54,354 nucleotides of DNA from an uncultured Elusimicrobium sp. (GTDB lineage: Bacteria > Elusimicrobiota > Elusimicrobia > Elusimicrobiales > UBA9959), in the NCBI GenBank assembly GCA_902783485.1, contig CACZRG010000099.1, positions 1 to 54,354 of the forward strand. Reading direction: 5' to 3'. The notes beneath the pieces were generated by a model. The model had not been told where the DNA came from, searched no databases, and was given only the letters and a program-made list of their open reading frames with translations. This document shows, one piece after another, positions 7,746 to 16,014 of the stretch (position 1 is the first letter of the stretch; each line of letters opens with the position of its first letter). The position numbers and the translations under genes are program-made.

Positions 7746-8837
7746 TTACTTGCCTTTTCCATTGTTAAAAACTATGCTTTTGTGGCGCGGACTTCTTGAT
7801 TCTGAATATTTGCCACCACTACAGTAGTTTTTGCTGAGCCTGTCCATATGGGACTTGCATGCATCAGGACTTTCCTTTGCGAAATACGCCATACATATAA
7901 CACCAGCTCGTCCTGAAGGACAGAGTTTAACATTGTCATACTTAACTGCCTGATAAATTTTCATGTTTTCGCGGCAGTCTTCAGCAACAGCACCTGTCAG
8001 CCTGGAACAGTCCGATTCCTGTTCAGGGAGATAGGAAAGACATTTCTGTTTTCCATCTTCATTCAATCCAAGCGAAGAACAGAGTGATTCGCCTCTTTTC
8101 TGCTGCGACAGCACACATATATCGCCGTCTACTCCAGGTGCATGAAACAAATCACATAACCGTCTACTGGCTTTTCCAACAGAATATAATGTAAGATAGA
8201 AATTCGCAAGTTTTTCCCTGCATGTATCTGTAATTCCTTTAAATTCGTGAGCAGCAATATTTTCGAATTCACTGCTATTCAAATCAATAACAGAAAGCCT
8301 GTCGCACACATTAGGGTCATTTGACGTAACAGCACGGCAGGCAGTATAATCTGTAAGCCCGTTCGCAACAGCTTTATACCATTTCTCATCATGCGGAGCG
8401 ACTGACATTCTGCCCCATACGCTTCCGTATGAATCTATTATCTCAGCAAAAGTTGCAGTTTTGCAGGGCCAGTTAAGTCTGGGACCTGATGTTCCAGCAA
8501 CAAATGGAATTTCTTCAACGGGTTTTATGTTTTCCATCTCCATCAGGCGCATTTCTTCCTGACGGTGTCGTTCCTCTTCACGAACCTGCTCTTCTATACG
8601 TCTTGCCTGTTCTTTGTCCGCATCAGTTAGAAAGCCCTGGAAATTATCATCCTTATGCTCGTTTTTGATTTCATCAACAAGCCCCTTTGCCGAATCAGGA
8701 AGTGCCTGCTGATCCACATCTATTGTAGTACTGGAAGAAGCAGTTTTTCCTACATCCTGTATTTTAGGCTCATTAAGTTTTATATAGGCAAGAATGGCGA
8801 TAACAATAAGAATTACAACTATACCGGTTTTACTCAT
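7746..8837 (-). CDS. membrane-anchored, Cys-rich protein of unknown function
   Basis: N-terminal TM helix GIVVILIVIAILAYI, then a charged coiled segment EEQVREEERHRQEEMRLMEMEN, then a domain of about 240 aa with roughly 16 Cys. It has a 4-nt overlap with the upstream gene. Confidence 0.6.
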   Translation of the reverse strand: MSKTGIVVILIVIAILAYIKLNEPKIQDVGKTASSSTTIDVDQQALPDSAKGLVDEIKNEHKDDNFQGFLTDADKEQARRIEEQVREEERHRQEEMRLMEMENIKPVEEIPFVAGTSGPRLNWPCKTATFAEIIDSYGSVWGRMSVAPHDEKWYKAVANGLTDYTACRAVTSNDPNVCDRLSVIDLNSSEFENIAAHEFKGITDTCREKLANFYLTLYSVGKASRRLCDLFHAPGVDGDICVLSQQKRGESLCSSLGLNEDGKQKCLSYLPEQESDCSRLTGAVAEDCRENMKIYQAVKYDNVKLCPSGRAGVICMAYFAKESPDACKSHMDRLSKNYCSGGKYSESRSPRHKSIVFNNGKGK

Positions 8838-9130
8838 TCCCGTTTACCTCCACCTATAGCAGAAATAAGGGCTTTTGAAACAATAAGTTTTGTAAGCCCT
8901 GACGACACTTTGGAAACATCTATCCTGCACTGCTGATTAAGCACTTCATTTGCAAAAATTTCCGGTTCATTTTCAGAAAATTGATTAAATGTTACTTCCA
9001 TGCCATTATCTTTTCTCTCAATGACAAAATCAACTTTATCCTCAAGAATGAACGCAGCCATATCCACCGCCTCTGCAGAATATACAGAAGAAGCAAAAAA
9101 AATTTTTTTCTCTATTATTTCCGAAGCCAT
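8834..9130 (-). CDS. small protein, HxsD-like candidate
   Basis: It is 98 aa and lies immediately downstream of an HxsB-like enzyme. It shares a pattern with 10575..11024: S.Y(S/T)AEAV..AA(F/Y), then ..EV.F, then F.(N/E)E(V/L). Confidence 0.4.
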   Translation of the reverse strand: MASEIIEKKIFFASSVYSAEAVDMAAFILEDKVDFVIERKDNGMEVTFNQFSENEPEIFANEVLNQQCRIDVSKVSSGLTKLIVSKALISAIGGGKRE

Positions 9131-9133
9131 TTT

Positions 9134-10585
9134 CTAATAACTCCCCGTTATCCATTTTTTCAGGATTGCTTCATTATCTTTTTCTTTAAGAAGTTCCAGT
9201 ATAAAATCTATCTGTCCTCTGTTGACAGCACAGCGCATGTTATTAGCCATATCTCCGGCAAAAGACCCCTGCGTTGCATAATTAAACACCGGGCAGGTAC
9301 CGCAGTAAGGCATATATGCACAGCGTGAACACATAGCCTGTGCATTAAGCTCAGATGCGCATTTGCATGCGCGGACAGCATCGGCTGTAAGTACTTTTTC
9401 AACCGGATCATCTACAGAACCAATGCGGAAAATATCATCTCCTTCCATGGCAAGCATACGGCCTTCATCACAGGTATAAATGCTGCCATCATAGTTGTAC
9501 GCAATCTGACCCGTACCGGCACCGCACGGGGAATCAACATCGTAATTGCCTCCGTTTCCTGCATCAAATATTTTACTGCAGAAAATAATACAGGCCTGCT
9601 CAGATATGGTGACGCCTTTTTTATTTAGTTCTATGATATGTTTTAAAGCCTCAGAATAAAAATCAAGGTATTCCGCAGGGGTTATTCCTATTGTATTCCA
9701 GTTCCTGCCGGCATATCCTATTTTTGAAACCGGGCGCAGATATATTGACTCCAGTCCGGCCGACACATATTCATCTACTATTTCCTTAGCATGACCAATG
9801 GAATTTTTTGTAACCGTAACAATAGCGCCTGGTTTAAAAATTCTATATGAATTTCCTTTCTGATTATCATGGCGTTCTTTAAAATATTTCAGCCATCTGC
9901 GTACTGTTCCATAAGAAATATCATTCTCTGAATGCCTGTTTTTAGAATGAACATATTCAGGGCCGTCAAGAGAAGTACACAACGTGATTTCATTCTTTAG
10001 CAAAAAGTCAGCTTTCTGCTCATCCATAAGAATGAAATTTGAGATAAGAGATATTGATACTGTTCTTGCAGATTTTTTTTCTTTTTCCCTGATATATTCT
10101 ACTGTATCAGCAAGAACTTTCCAATTGAGCAGAGGTTCCCCGCCTTGGAATTCAAAATTCAGCACAGGCGAAGATGTATTAAATGCAAAATCTACAGCTT
10201 TCTTCGCTGTTTCCAGGGACATATCAAGAACCTTATCCTGCTTGCCCGGTGACCCTGCCTGACAGTATACACACTGCATATTGCACCGTCCAGTCATAAC
10301 CATAATATGAAGAACTGGCGCCATCATCACATTACAATGTCTTTTGACCCATGAAAGAGAATGTTTTTCCGGGTCAATCATTTCAGCTGCAAAACCTTTG
10401 TCCAAAAGTTCTTGTGGGATATCAGATACTGCCAAAGAACAATCTTTTGAACAAATACTTTCAAATTCCTCTCCTGGAATTTCAACATTTCCGCCAAAAT
10501 CATTTGTCAGTAAAATTTTATTCTTATATTTTTTCCAATGCTGAAAAAGAAGAGTAAATTTTTCAGGTTTCTTCTTATTTTCCAT
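9134..10585 (-). CDS. radical SAM/SPASM enzyme, HxsB-like
   Basis: CX3CX2C in TGRCNMQCVYCQAG, plus FQGGEPLL. The SPASM cysteine set is complete: SPCGAG...GSIYTCDEG (GX4C), MCSRCAYMPYCGTC (CX2CX5CX2C) and a downstream MRC. An N-terminal extension of about 95 aa precedes the core. Confidence 0.85.
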   Translation of the reverse strand: MENKKKPEKFTLLFQHWKKYKNKILLTNDFGGNVEIPGEEFESICSKDCSLAVSDIPQELLDKGFAAEMIDPEKHSLSWVKRHCNVMMAPVLHIMVMTGRCNMQCVYCQAGSPGKQDKVLDMSLETAKKAVDFAFNTSSPVLNFEFQGGEPLLNWKVLADTVEYIREKEKKSARTVSISLISNFILMDEQKADFLLKNEITLCTSLDGPEYVHSKNRHSENDISYGTVRRWLKYFKERHDNQKGNSYRIFKPGAIVTVTKNSIGHAKEIVDEYVSAGLESIYLRPVSKIGYAGRNWNTIGITPAEYLDFYSEALKHIIELNKKGVTISEQACIIFCSKIFDAGNGGNYDVDSPCGAGTGQIAYNYDGSIYTCDEGRMLAMEGDDIFRIGSVDDPVEKVLTADAVRACKCASELNAQAMCSRCAYMPYCGTCPVFNYATQGSFAGDMANNMRCAVNRGQIDFILELLKEKDNEAILKKWITGSY

Positions 10586-11024
10586 TCCTGTTGACCTCTT
10601 CCCATGTCTGAGTTATATGCATAGGATCATTATTCCTGCTGCTGTTCATTTCATCCTGAAGCTCTTTTTCAACCTCTGCAATCAGATCATCAAGCTCCTG
10701 CTCCTGTTCCGCTGATAAAGCCGGCTGTTCATCATGAACAAATGAAGGATTGAATCTGGATATAGCATTCCTGATTATCATTTCAGAAGTAGCTATATTC
10801 TGCATTCTGCTTTTTTCACGGATTTTTTCATCAGCAAGTTCTTCTGTGAACCTTTTTTCTACCTGATTTATATTTTTATCTTTCTTGGAAGAAAAAATTA
10901 CTTCAAGAGCATTATTGCCAGAAGGCTGAATCTGAACCCAGAAATCATCAGTACATACATATGCAGCATATCTGACAGCTTCCGCTGTGTTTTCAGACAG
11001 AGAAACAATAATTTTTTTATTCAT
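10575..11024 (-). CDS. small protein, HxsD-like N-terminal domain plus acidic tail
   Basis: It is 149 aa. The N-terminal ~100 aa resemble 8834..9130 in pattern, and the C-terminus is acidic (EQEQELDDLIAEVEKELQDE). It has an 11-nt overlap with the HxsB-like gene. Confidence 0.4.
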   Translation of the reverse strand: MNKKIIVSLSENTAEAVRYAAYVCTDDFWVQIQPSGNNALEVIFSSKKDKNINQVEKRFTEELADEKIREKSRMQNIATSEMIIRNAISRFNPSFVHDEQPALSAEQEQELDDLIAEVEKELQDEMNSSRNNDPMHITQTWEEVNRNGK

Positions 11025-11035
11025 ATACTTTTAAA

Positions 11036-12148
11036 TTAATTTTCTACCGGCAGGTACAATGCACAACAGGTCAGATATCCCTGAGCACTAAATCTTGTGT
11101 CCTGACTATAAAACATAGGAGCACCTGCATAGGAGCCTGTATTATACGCATTGCCATCAGTTACAGTACGCGAGGCTGAAGTCATGTTATTATGAGGCAA
11201 AAAACCGATTGCCACATAACCGCTTTTACATGATGTAACACCGCCTAAATACCGTTTCTGATAGCATAAATTCTGAATTTTTGTTTTGGATGTGCTACCG
11301 TTAGACCAATTACCAAGGATAATATCTCCTTCAACTGTAAGCTGGCCGTGAATAGTTATATAAAGAGGCTTAATTCTATCAGCTGTAATTGCTGGATACC
11401 CGTCAGATATAATTCTAAGACGCGTACCGCTACCTGCACCAATAACAGCCTCAGTTCCAACCGTTCCGTCGTTATCAAGATCAAGAAAAGCTGAATAATT
11501 GTTTTTGGCAACCAGAATACCGGAAGGACCACCATCTGATGAATTACTATAGCCGGTAAGATTAACTAATAATTTTGCATCATTGGAATAAGGGAATGAT
11601 GAAGATACGCCCTTTCCACTTTTTTTCTGAGTACTACCTCCGTCACTGCCTATATATATATGTTTGTTTGTGGCCAAAGGCACATTAGAAAACAGACCAG
11701 AATAACCAGTGGCAGTAGTGGCCTGTGAATAACTGTTGCTGTAACCGACATAAACCTGACCGCTGTTGTAGCCTATGTGCGTAGCACCAAATTGATTAGT
11801 AGAAGTAGGCGTTGTTGTAGATTCGCTCATCATGCCCAAATAGCCGTATCCATACTGATACATATACGACCCGCCTGCACTTCTTGTTGCATTTTTACCT
11901 ATGTATGTATAACCACCGTTCCTGTTGGCATACACAGACGTCCACGCCGTATCAGCCAGATATGTTGTACTTTTTGAAACCAGCTGATAATATCCACCGT
12001 ATGGGGCAGGATAATAACTGGTCATAGTCATGGTCTGCGCACTGTCCAGAAGAGCAGGACGCCATAGCATAAGAGCCAGCACAAGCAGTACATATACTTT
12101 CCTGGCTGTCAAATTCACTTTCAGAGCAATTTCTTTAGTCTGTTCCAT
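11036..12148 (-). CDS. membrane-anchored Tyr/Gly/Ser/Thr-rich protein of unknown function; first gene of the operon
   Basis: N-terminal hydrophobic anchor VYVLLVLALMLW. The low-complexity aromatic region includes SYYPAPYGGYY and YMYQYGYGYLG. The C-terminus contains YLTCCALY. Confidence 0.55.
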   Translation of the reverse strand: MEQTKEIALKVNLTARKVYVLLVLALMLWRPALLDSAQTMTMTSYYPAPYGGYYQLVSKSTTYLADTAWTSVYANRNGGYTYIGKNATRSAGGSYMYQYGYGYLGMMSESTTTPTSTNQFGATHIGYNSGQVYVGYSNSYSQATTATGYSGLFSNVPLATNKHIYIGSDGGSTQKKSGKGVSSSFPYSNDAKLLVNLTGYSNSSDGGPSGILVAKNNYSAFLDLDNDGTVGTEAVIGAGSGTRLRIISDGYPAITADRIKPLYITIHGQLTVEGDIILGNWSNGSTSKTKIQNLCYQKRYLGGVTSCKSGYVAIGFLPHNNMTSASRTVTDGNAYNTGSYAGAPMFYSQDTRFSAQGYLTCCALYLPVEN

Positions 12149-12202
12149 AATAGTACACTCCGGATATATAGCTTTTCACGCAGATTAAGGACAGTTTAAA
12201 AT

Positions 12203-12231
12203 ATTATACCACACGGGACTGTCTTTTTCAA
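12203..12231 (-). promoter_or_regulatory. sigma70-like promoter for the radical SAM operon
   Basis: The minus strand reads TTGAAA-17 nt-TATAAT, with TGG immediately upstream of the -10 (extended -10). The -10 lies about 55 nt upstream of the start codon at 12148. Confidence 0.45.
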
Positions 12232-12269
12232 TAAAGACAGTTTCAAGACTCACTCAATAACAGTACGGA

Positions 12270-12641
12270 TTATCTGTTTACCAGAACAAGTTTCTTTTTA
12301 AACACTTCTGAAATAAAACCGGAAGCCTCATAAAAAATTTCTTCAAAATCTTTTCTGCACTGCGGTTCGTCAGACAAAAATGATCCACTATTTTTTACAG
12401 ACAGAATAAAAACATCCCCTTCAAGCTCATCGGGGAGCGAGCGCAGACAGTCAAGCATTGCGTCCCAGTTATTACCAAAATAAGCCGGAAAGTGGAATGC
12501 AGAGGAAACCGCTTTCATAAGATTTTCTTTGTTCTGTACCGTGCGTCCGTCTATTTCTGCAGTAAAACACACGGAAGCCGGAAAAAGTTCTTCCGGCTTC
12601 CGATGTTCCGACAGTCCGATAAAAACTTCGGATTTCTTCAT
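12270..12641 (-). CDS. barstar-like ribonuclease inhibitor
   Basis: FPAYFGNNWDAMLDCL matches the barstar core PEYYGENLDALWDCL. The gene starts 15 nt after the ribonuclease gene ends. Confidence 0.8.
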   Translation of the reverse strand: MKKSEVFIGLSEHRKPEELFPASVCFTAEIDGRTVQNKENLMKAVSSAFHFPAYFGNNWDAMLDCLRSLPDELEGDVFILSVKNSGSFLSDEPQCRKDFEEIFYEASGFISEVFKKKLVLVNR

Positions 12642-12656
12642 TTTAGTATCCGTATA

Positions 12657-13247
12657 TCAGTAGACCATCTGCAGCTGGATGAATGTGCGGTAATGGTCAG
12701 GAGTATAGTAAATATATCCTCCGCCGCCGACAATAATGCGCTCAGCTCCACGTCTGCCTAACTTTTCGCTCAAAGCATAGGCAACGCCACCGATAACTAC
12801 ATGGGAAGGATAGGCTCCAGGCGGAAGCAGCGTATACTCATGGTAGAAACCATAAGACTGGGCAGGCAGTCTTCCCTCTTTGTTCTGGAATACTACACCG
12901 TCCTGCTGATAGGGAAGCTGCTCCCCTCTGTAAATTTTACCGATAAGTTCAAGAATGGAACTTACACGAATCTGGTCTTCAATCTTCGGATAAATATCTC
13001 TGCCAGGTGCCGGGCATGGAGGATTGTAATCGTACTGCCCGCGTGTGGCAGGCTGCTCATTTTCAACAGCCATAGCTGCAGCAGGGGCAGGAATAGCTTT
13101 TTTGACTTTTCCGGAAAGCGAAGCTTTTGCCGATATGGAAGTTTTCTTTGGCTGCGCATTCTGGGCACTGATAACGTTAGCAAACAGCGGTGCAATAAGC
13201 AGGGCAAAGGCAATAACCAGAAATTTTTTCAGATTTTTCATTTTCAT
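12657..13247 (-). CDS. secreted guanyl-specific ribonuclease (RNase Sa/barnase, N1/T1 superfamily)
   Basis: Signal peptide MKMKNLKKFLVIAFALLIAPLFANVISA. The catalytic core QQDGVVFQNKEGRLPAQSYGFYHEYTL...RGAERII...YYTPDHYRTF is collinear with RNase Sa (SQDGVVFQNRESVLPTQSYGYYHEYTV...RGTRRII...YYTGDHYATF). Confidence 0.85.
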   Translation of the reverse strand: MKMKNLKKFLVIAFALLIAPLFANVISAQNAQPKKTSISAKASLSGKVKKAIPAPAAAMAVENEQPATRGQYDYNPPCPAPGRDIYPKIEDQIRVSSILELIGKIYRGEQLPYQQDGVVFQNKEGRLPAQSYGFYHEYTLLPPGAYPSHVVIGGVAYALSEKLGRRGAERIIVGGGGYIYYTPDHYRTFIQLQMVY

Positions 13248-13441
13248 TTCCTCTTGTTGTGAATTTTACACTATACTCTTTCTTTTATTATAGTCTTTGG
13301 GATACAGGTTTGAAAGGGCCGAAAGTCCTATCTTCCGGACAGACCCCAGAAGACCCTGCAGAAAAACAGCATCTGATAAAAGACATTTTTACGAAATACA
13401 GTTGATAAGTATAGTATGCAAATTGCTAAAATAGGAATAAT

Positions 13442-16012
13442 ATGTATTTTATCTGTATTTTATTGAATCTGCTTTTTTCAAATGTTGCCACAGCTCAGTC
13501 TGTCATTCCGCAGGAACCGCAGAACAACGCCGTTTCCTCACAGGCTGATAATGAAGAATCCAGGCCTGCTTCAGCAGAAGACAGTAACAGCGTAATCCCT
13601 GAGACAAACGGCACCCCGGAAAATTCAACTGGTACTGAGCCAGCCTCTGACAATTCCGCTCTTACCGAGGAGGAATCTGCCGCAATGAATGCTACCGGTC
13701 CGGATGAAGACAGCAGCGAAGATATCAGCAGTAGTACAGATTTATCCTCATCATTAGGAAACGGCCCATGGGAAACAGGTGAAATAGCCGTACGCGGAAA
13801 TAAGAATATAAAAACAAAGGTCCTGATAAAAACCGGAAGTGCAAAAAAAGGCAGGCTTTACAGAAGCAGTGATGTCTCCAAAGACGTTGAGACATTCATG
13901 GGGCTTGGCAGCCTTGAAAATGTATCTGTTGATATAGAACCCCTTGATGACAGGGAGGTATCGGAAAAGAACAGGAAAGAAACATCTTTTCCGCGGCAGG
14001 TAAGGGTTGTTTATACCGTTGAAGAGAAACCGGCAATAAAGAAAATTAATATAAAAGGCTACAAACGCCTTTCCTCATCTTCCATAAAAGACGCCATGGA
14101 TACAAAAGAAAAAGATTTTCTTGATGAGTTCCGGCTTGGCGAAGACATGAGGAAAATAGAGGAAAAATACAACAGCAAAGGCTTTATCGATGCTAAAGCC
14201 TCATATGAGAAAATCTGTTCCACGGAAACCCTGCTATGCGTTATAGACGTAAATGTGACTGAAGGGCCCAAAGCCATAGTGGAAGCAGTGGAATTTACCG
14301 GCGTAAGCGCTTTCAGGGAAAAGAAACTGCGCAAGAAATTACAGAACAGGCCGAAAAAGAAATACGATCCCAAAATGATACAGAAGGATCTGGCAGCACT
14401 ATCCCTGTTCTACAAAGACAGAGGATACGCAGATTTCAAGTTAAACAGCTCATCAGTTACTTTCAATGAAACACGCTCAGGCGTTACATTTCACATAGAT
14501 GTTGAAGAAGGTGAAATGCAGTATTTCGGAGCCACATTCTTTTCAGGGAATGAAATTTATATGCCCGGAGATTTCACAGGGGATATAGCCTATAAAAGAG
14601 GAAAGAAATACAATCAGGAGCTTTTCTCTGAAACCCTCGCCGCAATACAGAACAGATACGCAGACAAAGGTTATTTAAAAGCTGATATCTCCTATGACCG
14701 TTCCAAAAATGAAAAAACCGGAGAAACAGACATTACATTTTATATAGCCGAACACGACCCGGTTTATGTAGGACATATAGACATTGCAGGGAACGAGGCC
14801 ACAAAATCCTATGTTTTCCGCCGTGAAGTGGCACAAAAGGAAGGAGAAGTGTTCAGTGCGAAAAAGGTACGCCGCAGTCAGGAGAAAATTTTCAACCTGG
14901 GTTTCATAGACGATGTCCGCCTCGCCATAAATCCCACGGAAGAGCCTGACAAGGTTGACCTTGTATTTGATGTCACTGAAGGCAAGCCGGGAATGTTAAC
15001 TGCCGGAGCAGGAATATCCTCCACCGAGGGTTTCGTTGGAACGATGTCACTTACTCATCTGAATCTTTTCGGCCGCGCGTACAGAACCTCTCTTTCATAC
15101 AATTTCGGCAAGAATATACAGGATTACAATTTCAGCATATCCACCCCATGGGTGGGTGAAAAACCAGTGCGTCTTGGTCTGGATATGTACAACACAAGGC
15201 ATTACAAGCCTTATCAGACCACGCTGCACGCATACACGGAAAAACGCACAGGCGGCCGTGTATCCGTAACACCACGTTTCGAAGATGACAAGTATTATAT
15301 AACCGCAGCATACAGTCTTGAACGTATACGCGTATATGACGTGGATTCAGCTTACAGGGAAATACTGAAAGACGAGGAAAACATGACTTCCACGGTTTTC
15401 CTTGAGGCGGCCATAGATACACGCGACAGCGTATGGGATCCTACACGTGGACAGAAATTATCTATCGGCATAGAATATGCCGGCGGTATTTTCCAGGGAG
15501 ATGTAAATTTCTACAAGCCTACGCTCTCATACAGTTTCAATCAGAAACTGTTCTCGATAGGTGAATATCCTTTTGTTCTGGCAGTAAGCAACCGTTTCGG
15601 ATTCGCGGAACGTTTCGGTGACACAAAAGAGGTACCTGTTTATGAAAGATACTTCTTAGGAGGAGCTGACACAATACGCGGATACAAGAACAATGGTCAG
15701 GTAGGCCCTGAAAACGGTGGTCTGGTATATGATGTGATGAATGTGGAATTCAAATTTCCGCTTGCCCGTGAAAAACGCAGGACAATAGTTCAGTGGGCAT
15801 TCTTTTTCGACATTGGCAATTCATGGAACAAATTCGATGAAATATCCATGCGTACCGGCACCGGTGAGAAACAGCTTAAGACAGGTGCAGGCTTCGGTCT
15901 GCGATTCACAACCCCGGCATTTCCTATAAGACTTGACTGGGGCTACGGCTTCAACCATAAAAAAGGTGACGACCTGTCGGACATATATTTCACAATGGGG
16001 ACGATGTTCTGA
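13442..16012 (+). CDS. bamA: outer membrane protein assembly factor BamA
   Basis: 856 aa. After a signal-like N-terminus and a low-complexity linker come POTRA-type repeats. The C-terminal Omp85 barrel ends in an aromatic residue (TMGTMF). The gene is followed by skp-lpxD, the conserved synteny. Confidence 0.9.
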   Translation: MYFICILLNLLFSNVATAQSVIPQEPQNNAVSSQADNEESRPASAEDSNSVIPETNGTPENSTGTEPASDNSALTEEESAAMNATGPDEDSSEDISSSTDLSSSLGNGPWETGEIAVRGNKNIKTKVLIKTGSAKKGRLYRSSDVSKDVETFMGLGSLENVSVDIEPLDDREVSEKNRKETSFPRQVRVVYTVEEKPAIKKINIKGYKRLSSSSIKDAMDTKEKDFLDEFRLGEDMRKIEEKYNSKGFIDAKASYEKICSTETLLCVIDVNVTEGPKAIVEAVEFTGVSAFREKKLRKKLQNRPKKKYDPKMIQKDLAALSLFYKDRGYADFKLNSSSVTFNETRSGVTFHIDVEEGEMQYFGATFFSGNEIYMPGDFTGDIAYKRGKKYNQELFSETLAAIQNRYADKGYLKADISYDRSKNEKTGETDITFYIAEHDPVYVGHIDIAGNEATKSYVFRREVAQKEGEVFSAKKVRRSQEKIFNLGFIDDVRLAINPTEEPDKVDLVFDVTEGKPGMLTAGAGISSTEGFVGTMSLTHLNLFGRAYRTSLSYNFGKNIQDYNFSISTPWVGEKPVRLGLDMYNTRHYKPYQTTLHAYTEKRTGGRVSVTPRFEDDKYYITAAYSLERIRVYDVDSAYREILKDEENMTSTVFLEAAIDTRDSVWDPTRGQKLSIGIEYAGGIFQGDVNFYKPTLSYSFNQKLFSIGEYPFVLAVSNRFGFAERFGDTKEVPVYERYFLGGADTIRGYKNNGQVGPENGGLVYDVMNVEFKFPLAREKRRTIVQWAFFFDIGNSWNKFDEISMRTGTGEKQLKTGAGFGLRFTTPAFPIRLDWGYGFNHKKGDDLSDIYFTMGTMF

Positions 16013-16014
16013 TT

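Noticed and set aside
12218-12241. The hairpin actgtcttt/aaagacagt as a rho-independent terminator for barstar.
   Set aside because: On the coding strand the stem is followed by CCCGTG rather than a U-run, and it overlaps a good promoter. It is reported instead as a possible operator or RNA 3' structure in the promoter finding.
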